Assembly: GCA_937920555.1 (NCBI GenBank)
Contig: CAKZTM010000010.1
Location: 1,790-65,789, forward strand
Direction of reading: 5' to 3'
DNA length: 64,000 nucleotides
Source: an uncultured Rhodobacteraceae bacterium
GTDB lineage: Bacteria > Pseudomonadota > Alphaproteobacteria > Rhodobacterales > Rhodobacteraceae
How positions within the stretch are numbered: position 1 is the first letter of the stretch; every line of letters starts with the position of its first letter. Of this stretch, positions 35,524-44,821 are shown piece by piece. The notes beneath the pieces were generated by a model, which did not search any database, had not been told where the DNA came from, and was given only the letters and a program-made list of their open reading frames with translations. The translations under genes were made by a program, and so were the position numbers.

Positions 35524-36750
35524 TCAGATGCGGTGGCCCGTCAGCAAACGCGGCATGTCACCGGAAAGGCCTGCCGCCTCGCGCATCAGGCCACGACGGA
35601 GTTGCGGCAGGCTGTTCACCAGCCCCAGACCCGCATCGCGAACCGTTCGCAAGATCGGGTTATCATTGGAAAAGAGCCGGTTAATCCCATCAGTCGCCAC
35701 CGCCAGAGCAGCCGTGTCAAACCGCCGCCAGCGCTGAAAGCGCTCCAGCACATCCAGGGTGCCGATATCCTCGCCTCGGCGGTTCGCCTCCACCAGCACT
35801 TGAGCCAGTGCGGCGGCGTCGCGCACGCCCAAGTTAAAGCCCTGACCTGCCAAAGGGTGAATGCCATGTGCCGCATCTCCGGCCAACGCCACACGGTCTG
35901 CAACAAAGGCGTCGGCCAAGGACAGCCCAAGAGGATAGGTGAAGCGCTTGCCGGTGAGTGTGATATCGCCCAGAAAATCGCCAAAGACAGGGCGCAGCGC
36001 ATCAAGATATCCGGCGTCTGTTCGCGTTTGTATCTCTTCGGCCACCGCTGTGGTCTCTGTCCAGACAATCGAACTGCGATTGCCGGTCAAAGGCAAAATC
36101 GCCAGCGGACCGGAGGGTGTGAAAAACTGATGCGCCACGCCATTATGGGGCAATTCATGCTCGACAGCGCACACAAGCGAGGTCTGATCATAGGCCCAAC
36201 CGGTACGACCGATACCGGACCATTCGGCAACCTTTGACCGCCGTCCGTCGCAGCCGATGATCACCCGTCCGTTCACGCTGCGGTCCGCAACCTTACGCGC
36301 GTTTGTGGTTACCGTGGCGTCACTGAGGCCGGTGACCTGAACCCCCGGAATATGATGGATCAACGGATCGTCGGTGATGCGGTCTAGCAGGACGCGGCGC
36401 AGATGCCGGTCCTCGATCAAATGCCCGAACGGGCCTTCTTCGATCTCGCGATGATCAAAATGGAGGAACAAGGGCGATGCACCTTGCCCGGCACGCCCAT
36501 CGCTGACCTTTATGTCAAGAATGGGCTGGGCATGTTCCGCCAATGGCTCCCACAGGCCCAAAACCTTTAGCATCCGAATAGTGGTCAACGTCAAAGCGTA
36601 GGCCCGTCCGTCAAAATCTGCCGCTTTGTGTTTGGCCACTTTCTGGGCGTCCAGCACGACCGTACGCAGGCCCTCGCTGGACAGCGCCAGAGCGATCAAG
36701 GGGCCCACCAGCCCACCGCCGACAATCACTGCATCATTTCGATCTGTCAT
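35524..36750 (-). CDS. UbiH/UbiF/VisC/COQ6-family FAD-dependent ubiquinone-biosynthesis hydroxylase
   Basis: N-terminal VIVGGGLVGPLIALAL (GxGxxG), internal LAGDAAHGIHPLAGQG.N.G..D motif. Confidence 0.8.
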   Translation of the reverse strand: MTDRNDAVIVGGGLVGPLIALALSSEGLRTVVLDAQKVAKHKAADFDGRAYALTLTTIRMLKVLGLWEPLAEHAQPILDIKVSDGRAGQGASPLFLHFDHREIEEGPFGHLIEDRHLRRVLLDRITDDPLIHHIPGVQVTGLSDATVTTNARKVADRSVNGRVIIGCDGRRSKVAEWSGIGRTGWAYDQTSLVCAVEHELPHNGVAHQFFTPSGPLAILPLTGNRSSIVWTETTAVAEEIQTRTDAGYLDALRPVFGDFLGDITLTGKRFTYPLGLSLADAFVADRVALAGDAAHGIHPLAGQGFNLGVRDAAALAQVLVEANRRGEDIGTLDVLERFQRWRRFDTAALAVATDGINRLFSNDNPILRTVRDAGLGLVNSLPQLRRGLMREAAGLSGDMPRLLTGHRI

Positions 36751-36834
36751 AGCTCAGATATGGCGCGAGAATGACAGATTGTCCAATGAAGCTGCGACCG
36801 TTAACCTGCGACGTATTGGCAAGCCGGAGCGTAT

Positions 36835-38169
36835 ATGTCTGACAACTGGACGGAAATGACAGCCTGCGATCTTGGGCGCGGTATCGAGCGTGGAAAGATT
36901 GATCCGGTCGAGTTGGCCGATACGTATTTCACGGCCATCAAATCTCATGGCAGCCGGGATGCGATCTATGCGCGGTTGACCGAAGACCGCGCAATGGCTG
37001 AGGCAAAAGCAGCTGCTGGTCGGGCCAAGACCAAAACCCGGCGGAGCCTTCTGGACGGTGTGCCGATCTCGTGGAAAGACCTCTACGACACAAGCGGTGT
37101 TGCGACCGAAAGCGGCTCTGCGCTGCTGAAAGGGCGCGTGCCTAATGCTGATGCGGATGTGTTGGTGGCAGCCAATGACGCAGGGCTGGTTTGCTTGGGC
37201 AAAACCCACCAGACGGAGCTTGCATTTTCCGGCCTTGGGGTGAACCCGGTCACCCAGACCCCACCCAATGCGATCACGCCTGCCTTGGCGCCGGGTGGAT
37301 CGTCATCGGGCGCTGCGGTGTCCACGGCTTTGGGGCTGGCTGCGGCTGGTATCGGGTCTGACACAGGTGGATCGGTGCGCATTCCGTCCGCATGGAACGA
37401 TCTTGTTGGGCTCAAGACCACCTCTGGCCTGTTATCGCTCAAAGGCGTTGTGCCGCTTTGCGCCCGGTTTGATACGGTTGGGCCGCTTTGCAGGTCCGTC
37501 GAGGACGCGGTCCATTTGCTGGCAGCGATGGGCGGATCAAAACCTGCCGATTTGAAAAATGCCGACGTCAAAGACAAGCGGTTTTTGGTTTGCGAAAGTG
37601 TCGCATTGGATGATTGCGACGTCGAGGTGCTGGAGGCGTTCGAGACATCCTTAGAGCGGCTCAAAAGCGCGGGGGCCAAAATTGACCGCCAACCTATTGA
37701 AGAGGTGGCGCGTTCTATGCCTCTTTCAGGATGTCTTTTCGCATCCGAGGCATATGGCACTTGGCGCAATGAGATTGAGGCCAATCCGGACGCCATGTTT
37801 GCACCTGTGCGGGACCGTTTCCGCGCTGGCGCGGACTTCTCGGCTGCTGAATATGTGCAAAGCTGGCAGCAGCTCGATACGCTCAGGGCGGGATATCTGG
37901 CGCGAACTGCGGGCTATGATGCGGTCCTGCTTCCAACCGGCCCAACGCTGCCGCCCGAGACCCAGCGGCTTTTGTCTGATGAGGCCTATTTTGCTGAGCG
38001 GAACCTGCTTGCGCTGCGCAACACGCGGATCGCGAACTTGATGGGGCTGTGCGCCATCACACTGCCCACAGAGCGGCATCACTGCGGGTTTATGATGATG
38101 GGCAAACCGTTTGGTGAAACTGCTCTGCTAAGATTGGCCGCTGCTGCGGCACCCCTAATAAAAACATAA
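36835..38169 (+). CDS. Amidase (amidase-signature family)
   Basis: PGGSSSGAAVSTALG, GSDTGGSVRIPSA and an upstream conserved K (WKDLYDT). Confidence 0.8.
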   Translation: MSDNWTEMTACDLGRGIERGKIDPVELADTYFTAIKSHGSRDAIYARLTEDRAMAEAKAAAGRAKTKTRRSLLDGVPISWKDLYDTSGVATESGSALLKGRVPNADADVLVAANDAGLVCLGKTHQTELAFSGLGVNPVTQTPPNAITPALAPGGSSSGAAVSTALGLAAAGIGSDTGGSVRIPSAWNDLVGLKTTSGLLSLKGVVPLCARFDTVGPLCRSVEDAVHLLAAMGGSKPADLKNADVKDKRFLVCESVALDDCDVEVLEAFETSLERLKSAGAKIDRQPIEEVARSMPLSGCLFASEAYGTWRNEIEANPDAMFAPVRDRFRAGADFSAAEYVQSWQQLDTLRAGYLARTAGYDAVLLPTGPTLPPETQRLLSDEAYFAERNLLALRNTRIANLMGLCAITLPTERHHCGFMMMGKPFGETALLRLAAAAAPLIKT

Positions 38170-38180
38170 CTCTGACCCGT

Positions 38181-38933
38181 CTAAGGGCTTGGAACCGGCT
38201 TCACTTCAATCCGTCCTTCGCCGTCCAAGAGCCATACATCTGAGCCCTCAATCACCACGGTGGACAGCTTGTGACCCCAAGCGGCGCCCGTATCAATATT
38301 GATCCGGTTTCCATAATGCATCACCTCGTCCACCGGGGTATGGCCATGCACGATGATTTTTGGGTGTGGATCGGTAAAATCCAGAAAATCAGCGCGAATC
38401 CACAGCAGGTCATCCTCGGCTTGGGCATCAAGGGGAACAGCGGGCCGAATGCCTGCATGTACAAAGAAAAACCGCTCTGTGGCAAAAAACAACGGTAGTT
38501 CTGCGAGATATTCCCGATGGGCCTGCGGCACCGCTTGGCGTGCCTGAGCCTCCACTGCTTTGAGGTCGTGATCATCGGCAACCTCGACCCCGTAAGAGCG
38601 CAACGTATCCCGCCCGCCCATGCGCGGATGGAGCCAATTGTAATCCGGGCGCAGTGATGGATCTTTGCGCTCCGCATCCTCCAAAAACCACTCGAAAAGA
38701 CGATCGTGATTGCCTTTGACCGTGATCCAAGGCGCACCGCGCACCGCACCGTCTATCATGAAATCCAGCACACCCCGGCTATCTGGCCTGCGGTCCACCA
38801 AGTCGCCCACATGAACCACAAGATAGTCTGAAATCCCACGAAAGGCTCTGTCCGCGTCGATACGGCGATGGGCCTCTAGAAGTTGTTCGAGGTCACCGTG
38901 GACATCACCAATTGCGTAAATCGTTTGTGTCAT
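38181..38933 (-). CDS. Metallophosphoesterase (PrpA/ApaH-like Ser/Thr phosphatase family)
   Basis: IGDVHGD, VGDLVDRRPDS, GNHD, VHGHTP motifs. Confidence 0.8.
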   Translation of the reverse strand: MTQTIYAIGDVHGDLEQLLEAHRRIDADRAFRGISDYLVVHVGDLVDRRPDSRGVLDFMIDGAVRGAPWITVKGNHDRLFEWFLEDAERKDPSLRPDYNWLHPRMGGRDTLRSYGVEVADDHDLKAVEAQARQAVPQAHREYLAELPLFFATERFFFVHAGIRPAVPLDAQAEDDLLWIRADFLDFTDPHPKIIVHGHTPVDEVMHYGNRINIDTGAAWGHKLSTVVIEGSDVWLLDGEGRIEVKPVPSP

Positions 38934-38999
38934 CCGATCCAGCTATCAAACCCGCGCGGGATTTGTTAGCCTCAAAACACCCACTCAAAGAAGATATCA

Positions 39000-39587
39000 A
39001 TGACCGCATTTGCCCTTGCCATTTTCTTCCTGCTGATCACGCCTGGGCCGGGGGTTCTTTCAACCGCAGGGGTCGGATCAGCTTTTGGATATCGCCCCGG
39101 TATCGCCTATATGACAGGACTTTGCATAGGCTCCAATCTGGTGGCTCTTGCGGTGGTCACCGGGCTTGCGGCGGTGATTTTCAGTATACCCGGACTACGG
39201 CAAGTGTTGCTGATCGCGTCGATTGGCTACCTGACTTATTTGGCCTCTAAGATCGCGTTCTCAGGCTCCAACATCGCGTTTATCGAGGCCGACAGCCCGC
39301 CCACGCTGATCAACGGAATTACGCTGCAATTCATCAACCCGAAAGCTTACGTAGTTGCAACGACGCTGTTTTCCGGCTTTGGGTTCATGCCGGAAAATCT
39401 GTTTCTGGAGACCATCTTAAAGTTCATAATAATCAATGCGGTATGGATACCCATCCACATTGGTTGGCTTTGGGCAGGTGTCGAAATCAGACGTCTCAAC
39501 CTGCCGCCAAAAACCCAGCGGGCCATCAATATGGGCATGGCGGCGTCTATGCTGATTGTGGTTGGTCTGGCGCTTTTCGCCAGTTAA
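39000..39587 (+). CDS. LysE-family amino-acid efflux translocator
   Basis: N-terminal ...LLITPGPGVLSTAG... motif; six predicted TM segments; 195 aa. Confidence 0.7.
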   Translation: MTAFALAIFFLLITPGPGVLSTAGVGSAFGYRPGIAYMTGLCIGSNLVALAVVTGLAAVIFSIPGLRQVLLIASIGYLTYLASKIAFSGSNIAFIEADSPPTLINGITLQFINPKAYVVATTLFSGFGFMPENLFLETILKFIIINAVWIPIHIGWLWAGVEIRRLNLPPKTQRAINMGMAASMLIVVGLALFAS

Positions 39588-40570
39588 TCCCGTAGACCTT
39601 CGGCGCTTTCGGTCAGCTCAGTATACTGACCATAGGGCCTGAAACTGTAGAGATAAGTTTCCAATATTCCGTCGCTTGAGCGTGGCTCGATGCCCAATTC
39701 CGCAAACCCGTTGGCGCCCTCTGCCACAACGTTGTCCACCGCCAGATTTTTGATCTGGTCGCGGGTGATCATCACATTGGGTATCCAGCCAAAGGAGACG
39801 AACTGAACGAAGTCCAAAACATTGGCCATCAGTTTCGCAATTGGCATTGGCAAATTGAGGATCAAACGTCGTCGCCGCGTGACCGCCAGCATGTCTTTCA
39901 TCATCGCGCGGAAGGTTTGCACCTCGGGGCCGCCCAGCTCGAACGTTCCAGTTTTATTGCCTTCAATAACCGTCTGAACTGCCGCGGCCACATCATCTAC
40001 AAAAACCGGCTGGAACTTCGTTTCAGCCCCCACAAGTGGCAGGATCGGCATGAACCGCGCCATGTTGGCAAAGCGGTTGTAAAACTTGTCTTCATTGCCA
40101 AACACGATCGAGGGGCGCAGGATGGCAGCGCTTGGAAAGTGTTCTAAAACAGCAGCTTCGCCGGTTCCTTTGGTGGAGGAATAGTAGCTGTCACTGTCCT
40201 TATCCGCACCAATCGCCGAGATATGCACTAGCTGCTTGACGCCAAGCTCGGAGGACAAGCGCGCGATGCGTTCCGCGCCGTCTTCCTGCACCTCGACCAC
40301 ACGTCCGCGGGTGTCTTCAAAGCCAATAGCCACACAATTGATGACCACTGACGCGCCTTCGATGGCGCGGCGGGTAGACGCCTCGTCCCGGATGTTTGCC
40401 TGCACGGGCTCCACCTGACCCACAACACCGTAGGGGCGGACAAAATGAGCCTCATTGGGTCTGCGGACCGCAACCCGGATGCGCCACCCTGCGCGCGCAA
40501 ACCGTTGCGTCACGTAGCGGCCCACAAATCCAGAGCCGCCAAAAATGGTAATGATCGGTGCACTGGTCAT
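39584..40570 (-). CDS. NAD(P)H-binding complex I NDUFA9-like / NmrA-like protein
   Basis: ITIFGGSGFVGRYV Rossmann motif, about 328 aa, atypical-SDR pattern. The ATG at 40570 has GGAG upstream. Confidence 0.7.
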   Translation of the reverse strand: MTSAPIITIFGGSGFVGRYVTQRFARAGWRIRVAVRRPNEAHFVRPYGVVGQVEPVQANIRDEASTRRAIEGASVVINCVAIGFEDTRGRVVEVQEDGAERIARLSSELGVKQLVHISAIGADKDSDSYYSSTKGTGEAAVLEHFPSAAILRPSIVFGNEDKFYNRFANMARFMPILPLVGAETKFQPVFVDDVAAAVQTVIEGNKTGTFELGGPEVQTFRAMMKDMLAVTRRRRLILNLPMPIAKLMANVLDFVQFVSFGWIPNVMITRDQIKNLAVDNVVAEGANGFAELGIEPRSSDGILETYLYSFRPYGQYTELTESAEGLRD

Positions 40571-41097
40571 AAGCAAATCTCCGGTGTTTTGGGCGTTTGG
40601 AAACGTCTACCTGCCTCCATGCCCCAAAACAAGTCAAAGGAGTCTTAAGGCGCGACCAAAGGCTTTTCGCAACTGCCGCAAATTAACGTTTCAGTAACAA
40701 TTGCAAAATTACCGAGGTTTGTGCGGCGGCGTTTCTCTAAGGCGCTGAAATAAAAGGTTAATGCGGCCAAATGGGCCAGAAATTTGGAGTCATCAATGTG
40801 TATGACTCCTGTATGACATCGATATGACAAAATGTCGGACTTTGCCGGTTTAACGCAGCGCACGGCGTGTTAGAGCGTTCCGCATTAAACCCCAGAATCA
40901 CCCAGAGCCTTCTGAACTCTAAGATTTCAACGCGTTAGGTTAGCCTTATGTCTCAGTTCAAAAGCAAAACGCCTTAGGTTGGTGTTATAGATCAAAATGA
41001 CAAAACCGGCTGGGCAAGACACGGCGCGCTAAGGCAATTGTTAGCCCCCAAAGCGCGGCGATGCGACCGCACATGTCCGGCGCGGCCAATCCACCCG

Positions 41098-41127
41098 TTG
41101 ACAGCTTAAGGGTGCATATATAAATGC
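41098..41127 (+). promoter_or_regulatory. Sigma70-like promoter for tRNA-Leu
   Basis: TTGACA (41098-41103), 15-17 nt spacer, TATATAAAT, about 15-20 nt upstream of the mature tRNA 5' end. Confidence 0.55.
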
Positions 41128-41142
41128 CCCTAGACGACACCT

Positions 41143-41228
<86 letters not shown>

Positions 41229-41311
41229 CTTATACTATGCGCTAACGCTTCGCTGGCTGCGTGCTATCTTCTTAAAGCGCCGAAGCGGATCGGCAGGAAG
41301 GCAAGCGGCTC

Positions 41312-41923
41312 GTGACAAACACTCTTTACCAAAACGATCTACCAGATGATCTTGATCTTGGGCCTGTTGTGGCCATTGATTGCGAGACCATGGGGCTGTT
41401 GCCGCATCGGGACCGGTTGTGTTTGATCCAATTGTCATCGGGCGACGGCAATGCGCATTTGGTTCAAATCTCTCAGGACCAGACGGAGGCGCCCAATTTG
41501 GTGCGCATGTTGGTTGATCCTGATGTGTTGAAGCTGTTCCATTTCGGGCGGTTTGACATCGCGGTAATGCTGCACCGGTTTGGTGCGCTCACAGCGCCGG
41601 TTTATTGCACCAAGATCGCCTCCAAGCTGGTGCGGACCTACACGGACCGGCACGGGCTGAAGAACCTTCTGGATGAAATGCTGAAGGTGGATATTTCCAA
41701 GTTCCAGCAATCCTCTGATTGGGGGGCCAAAGAGCTGACAGAGGCGCAATTGGCCTATGCGGCGTCCGATGTTCTGTATCTGCACGAACTTCGTGAGAAG
41801 CTGGACCTGCGTTTGGACCGCGAAGGGCGCACCGAGCTTGCGCAGGCCGCGTTCCGGTTCTTGCCGCACCGGGCCGCTTTGGATTTGGCCGGTTGGCCCG
41901 AGACTGATATTTTCGCGCATTAG
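41312..41923 (+). CDS. rnd: Ribonuclease D-like 3'-5' exonuclease (short form)
   Basis: VAIDCETMGL (ExoI DxE), LKLFHFGRFD (ExoII), YAASDVLYL (ExoIII); GTG start. Confidence 0.8.
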   Translation: MTNTLYQNDLPDDLDLGPVVAIDCETMGLLPHRDRLCLIQLSSGDGNAHLVQISQDQTEAPNLVRMLVDPDVLKLFHFGRFDIAVMLHRFGALTAPVYCTKIASKLVRTYTDRHGLKNLLDEMLKVDISKFQQSSDWGAKELTEAQLAYAASDVLYLHELREKLDLRLDREGRTELAQAAFRFLPHRAALDLAGWPETDIFAH

Positions 41924-42886
41924 ATGGGCTCCCCTGATCTCATAGAAACGGGTCGCACGGTTCTTCGCACCGAAGGAGAGGCGATTTTGCGCATGGCCGA
42001 TGAGTTGGGCGCGGGTTTTGCTCAGGCGGTCGAGATGATGTTTGCCGCCAAAGGGCGGATCATCGTGTCGGGCATGGGCAAGTCGGGGCATGTTGGCACC
42101 AAGATCGCGGCCACTTTGGCCTCTACGGGCACGCCTGCGCAATTTGTGCATCCCGGCGAGGCGTCGCACGGGGATTTGGGGATGATCACCCCTCAGGATG
42201 TTCTGCTGGTTTTGTCCAATTCCGGTGAAACAGCAGAGCTGGCCGATATTATTGCCCATGCGCGCATCAACGGCATCAAGATGATCGGTGTGGCGGGGAA
42301 CCCGGCCAGCACGCTGCTCAAGAAGGCTGATATTGCGCTTGTTTTGCCTGCCGCCAAGGAGGCCTGTATTGCCGGTCTGGCCCCCACCACGTCCACGACC
42401 ATGACGCTGGCTTTGGGCGATGCTTTGGCGGTTACATTGATGGACAAACGGGATTTTACCCAGGAGAATTACAAGTCCTTTCATCCCGGCGGTAAGCTGG
42501 GGGCGCGTCTGGCCCGTGTTGAAGAGCTGATGCATATGGGGGCGGAGCTTCCCTTGGTGGCGGAGGGCGATCCCATGAGCGACGTTCTGATCACCGTCAG
42601 CCAAAAGGGGTTCGGGGTGGCTGCTGTCACCGATGCGGCAGGGAATTTGACCGGCATTATCACCGATGGTGACCTGCGGCGGAACATGGAGGGGCTGTTG
42701 GCGCGAAAGGCCATCGACGTGATGACCCGCGATCCCATGACCATTACGCCAAGGTCGCGGGCGTCGGCAGCGCTTTTGGCCATGAACGAGCGCAAAATCA
42801 CCTGTTTATTCGTGTGCGAGGATGACACGAAAAACCCCATTGGCATTCTGCATATCCATGATTGCCTGCGCGCTGGCGTTGACTGA
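41924..42886 (+). CDS. kpsF: KpsF/GutQ-family arabinose-5-phosphate isomerase (SIS plus tandem CBS)
   Basis: GRIIVSGMGKSGHVGTKIAATLASTG, HPGEASHGDLGM, SNSGET, then CBS repeats. Confidence 0.9.
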   Translation: MGSPDLIETGRTVLRTEGEAILRMADELGAGFAQAVEMMFAAKGRIIVSGMGKSGHVGTKIAATLASTGTPAQFVHPGEASHGDLGMITPQDVLLVLSNSGETAELADIIAHARINGIKMIGVAGNPASTLLKKADIALVLPAAKEACIAGLAPTTSTTMTLALGDALAVTLMDKRDFTQENYKSFHPGGKLGARLARVEELMHMGAELPLVAEGDPMSDVLITVSQKGFGVAAVTDAAGNLTGIITDGDLRRNMEGLLARKAIDVMTRDPMTITPRSRASAALLAMNERKITCLFVCEDDTKNPIGILHIHDCLRAGVD

Positions 42887-43512
42887 TGGCTGCGCCCAGC
42901 TATCCGCGCGGCCTTTATTCTAGATTTGTGGGCTACCTGAAAATTGCGCTGCCATTGTTGGCCGTCGGGCTGTTATCGACGGTTTTTCTGCTACAGGAAG
43001 AGGACACCATACGCGGCGGGATCACGTTCTCGGCGGATGATCGCGACACGATACGTGACGGTTTGACGGTGTATGAGCCGAAATTTGCGGGCGTGAACCT
43101 GAACGGTGACCGGTTTTACATGGAGGCGGCCAAGGCCACGCCGGATTCGGCTGATCCCGACGAGATCGTCTTGGTCGATCTTGACGGCCGCACCGATTAC
43201 ACCGACGGAGCATCGGTTTATCTAACCGCCGCACGCGCCATCGCCCGGATACCTGAGCAGGTTTTGGAGCTGAGCGGCGGGGTGCGCATCCGCACATCTG
43301 ACGGCTTTGAGGGTCTGACCAATTCCGGCGTGGCTGCGTTGGATACCGGCACATTCATCACGGACGGGCCAGTGACACTTGAGGGCGCTATGGGGATTTT
43401 GGAGGCTGGATCGATGCGTCTAGACCGCTTGGCCGGTAATGCCACGACCGCGGCGCAAAATCAGGTGTTCACATTCGAAAATGGCGTTAAACTAACGCTG
43501 GATCCAAAATGA
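42886..43512 (+). CDS. lptC: LPS export system protein LptC-like
   Basis: N-terminal TM anchor, about 200 aa, positioned between kpsF and lptA as in the canonical locus. Confidence 0.65.
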   Translation: MAAPSYPRGLYSRFVGYLKIALPLLAVGLLSTVFLLQEEDTIRGGITFSADDRDTIRDGLTVYEPKFAGVNLNGDRFYMEAAKATPDSADPDEIVLVDLDGRTDYTDGASVYLTAARAIARIPEQVLELSGGVRIRTSDGFEGLTNSGVAALDTGTFITDGPVTLEGAMGILEAGSMRLDRLAGNATTAAQNQVFTFENGVKLTLDPK

Positions 43513-44027
43513 CCGGGATGTTGATGTTTAAGCCTTTGACTATATCGATCTTTGCTGCGGCCGCGTTCTGTGCGCCTTTGGCCGCTCAAGAAACGCAAGT
43601 GCCGTTTGGCGGGCTGAAGCATGATGCGTCGGAGAAGATCGAGATTGCAGCCGACAGTCTTGTGGTCAGCCAAGGCAATGCCAACGCCGAGTTTAAGGGC
43701 GGTGTCACGGCTGGACAGGGGAGTTTGAAGATCGAGGCCGACCGGTTGCTGGTGGAATACGGAACTGACGGGTCCGGGTCGGTGACCGGGCAAATCCACA
43801 CCATGTCTGCCTTTGGACGCGTGGTTTTGACCAATGGCGCCGAGGCCGCGCAGGCGCAGGAGGCGATATACGTCGTCGCGGACGGGCGGGTGCGGATGAC
43901 TGGCGATGTGATCCTGACCCAAGGCAATAACGCGATTGCGGGCAATGTTCTGAACATCGATCTCAACAGTGGTGACGCGGTTTTTGAAGGCCGGGTGCGC
44001 ACGATTTTGGAGCCAAGCGAAAACTGA
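43509..44027 (+). CDS. lptA: LPS transport periplasmic protein LptA (OstA-like)
   Basis: Signal peptide. I.I.AD.L.V......A.F.G.V...QG...I.AD.L.V.Y pattern; position before lptB. Confidence 0.75.
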   Translation: MTGMLMFKPLTISIFAAAAFCAPLAAQETQVPFGGLKHDASEKIEIAADSLVVSQGNANAEFKGGVTAGQGSLKIEADRLLVEYGTDGSGSVTGQIHTMSAFGRVVLTNGAEAAQAQEAIYVVADGRVRMTGDVILTQGNNAIAGNVLNIDLNSGDAVFEGRVRTILEPSEN

Positions 44028-44782
44028 TGGCAAAACCTGATCTCCAGATCGAGCACGGCTCAGGCGGATTGCGGGTCAACGGCCTTGGCAAAAGCTACAA
44101 GAAGCGGCCTGTGCTGCGAGATGTCTCAATGGCGTTGAACCGGGGCGAGGTCGTGGCATTGCTGGGGCCAAACGGGGCGGGCAAGACCACCTGTTTTTAT
44201 GCGGTTGCGGGTCTGGTGACGCCGGAAAAAGGTACGGTGACCATTGACGGGCAGGACGTCACGTATTTGCCCATGTATCGACGGGCGCAAATGGGCATCG
44301 GATATCTGCCTCAGGAGGCCTCCATCTTTCGAGGGCTGACCGTGGAAAAGAACATTCGCGCGGTGGTGGAATTGGTGGTCAAGGAACGCACTGAGCGGCA
44401 GAATTTTGTCGATGAACTGCTGGCCGAGTTCTCCATCGAGCATTTGCGGCGCGCCCCGGCGATTTCACTGTCGGGCGGTGAGCGGCGACGGGTGGAAATC
44501 GCCCGCTGTCTGGCCAGCAAACCACGATATGTTTTGCTGGATGAGCCCTTTGCCGGGGTGGACCCGATTGCGGTGGGCGAGATCCGCGAATTGGTGTCTC
44601 ATCTCAAGAACCGGGAGATCGGCGTCCTGATCACAGATCACAATGTCAGGGAAACCTTGGAAATTGTGGACAGAGCGTATATTCTTCACGACGGGAAGGT
44701 GTTGATGAGCGGTACACCGCAGGAAGTTGTCAAAGACGACAACGTTCGACGTGTTTACCTCGGGGAAAAGTTTCGGATTTAG
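44027..44782 (+). CDS. lptB: LPS export ABC transporter ATP-binding protein
   Basis: GPNGAGKTT, LSGGERRRVEIAR, LLDEPFAGVDP, and the typical ...VRRVYLGE.F end. Confidence 0.9.
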   Translation: MAKPDLQIEHGSGGLRVNGLGKSYKKRPVLRDVSMALNRGEVVALLGPNGAGKTTCFYAVAGLVTPEKGTVTIDGQDVTYLPMYRRAQMGIGYLPQEASIFRGLTVEKNIRAVVELVVKERTERQNFVDELLAEFSIEHLRRAPAISLSGGERRRVEIARCLASKPRYVLLDEPFAGVDPIAVGEIRELVSHLKNREIGVLITDHNVRETLEIVDRAYILHDGKVLMSGTPQEVVKDDNVRRVYLGEKFRI

Positions 44783-44821
44783 TCCGGCGCTGTTTACTAT
44801 TGTGTCCCAACAGGCAGACTT

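Noticed and set aside
35488-36237. 249-aa ORF antisense to the UbiH-family gene
   Set aside because: Arg/Gln-rich with no recognisable motifs, and the opposite strand encodes a complete FAD monooxygenase.
40645-40863. 72-aa minus-strand ORF upstream of tRNA-Leu
   Set aside because: No RBS, odd composition, and it overlaps the hairpin/iteron region. Insufficient support.
41435-42604. 389-aa ORF on the minus strand
   Set aside because: It lies entirely antisense to the well-supported rnd and kpsF genes. The translation is R/G/Q/H-rich low complexity, typical of spurious antisense frames in high-GC DNA.
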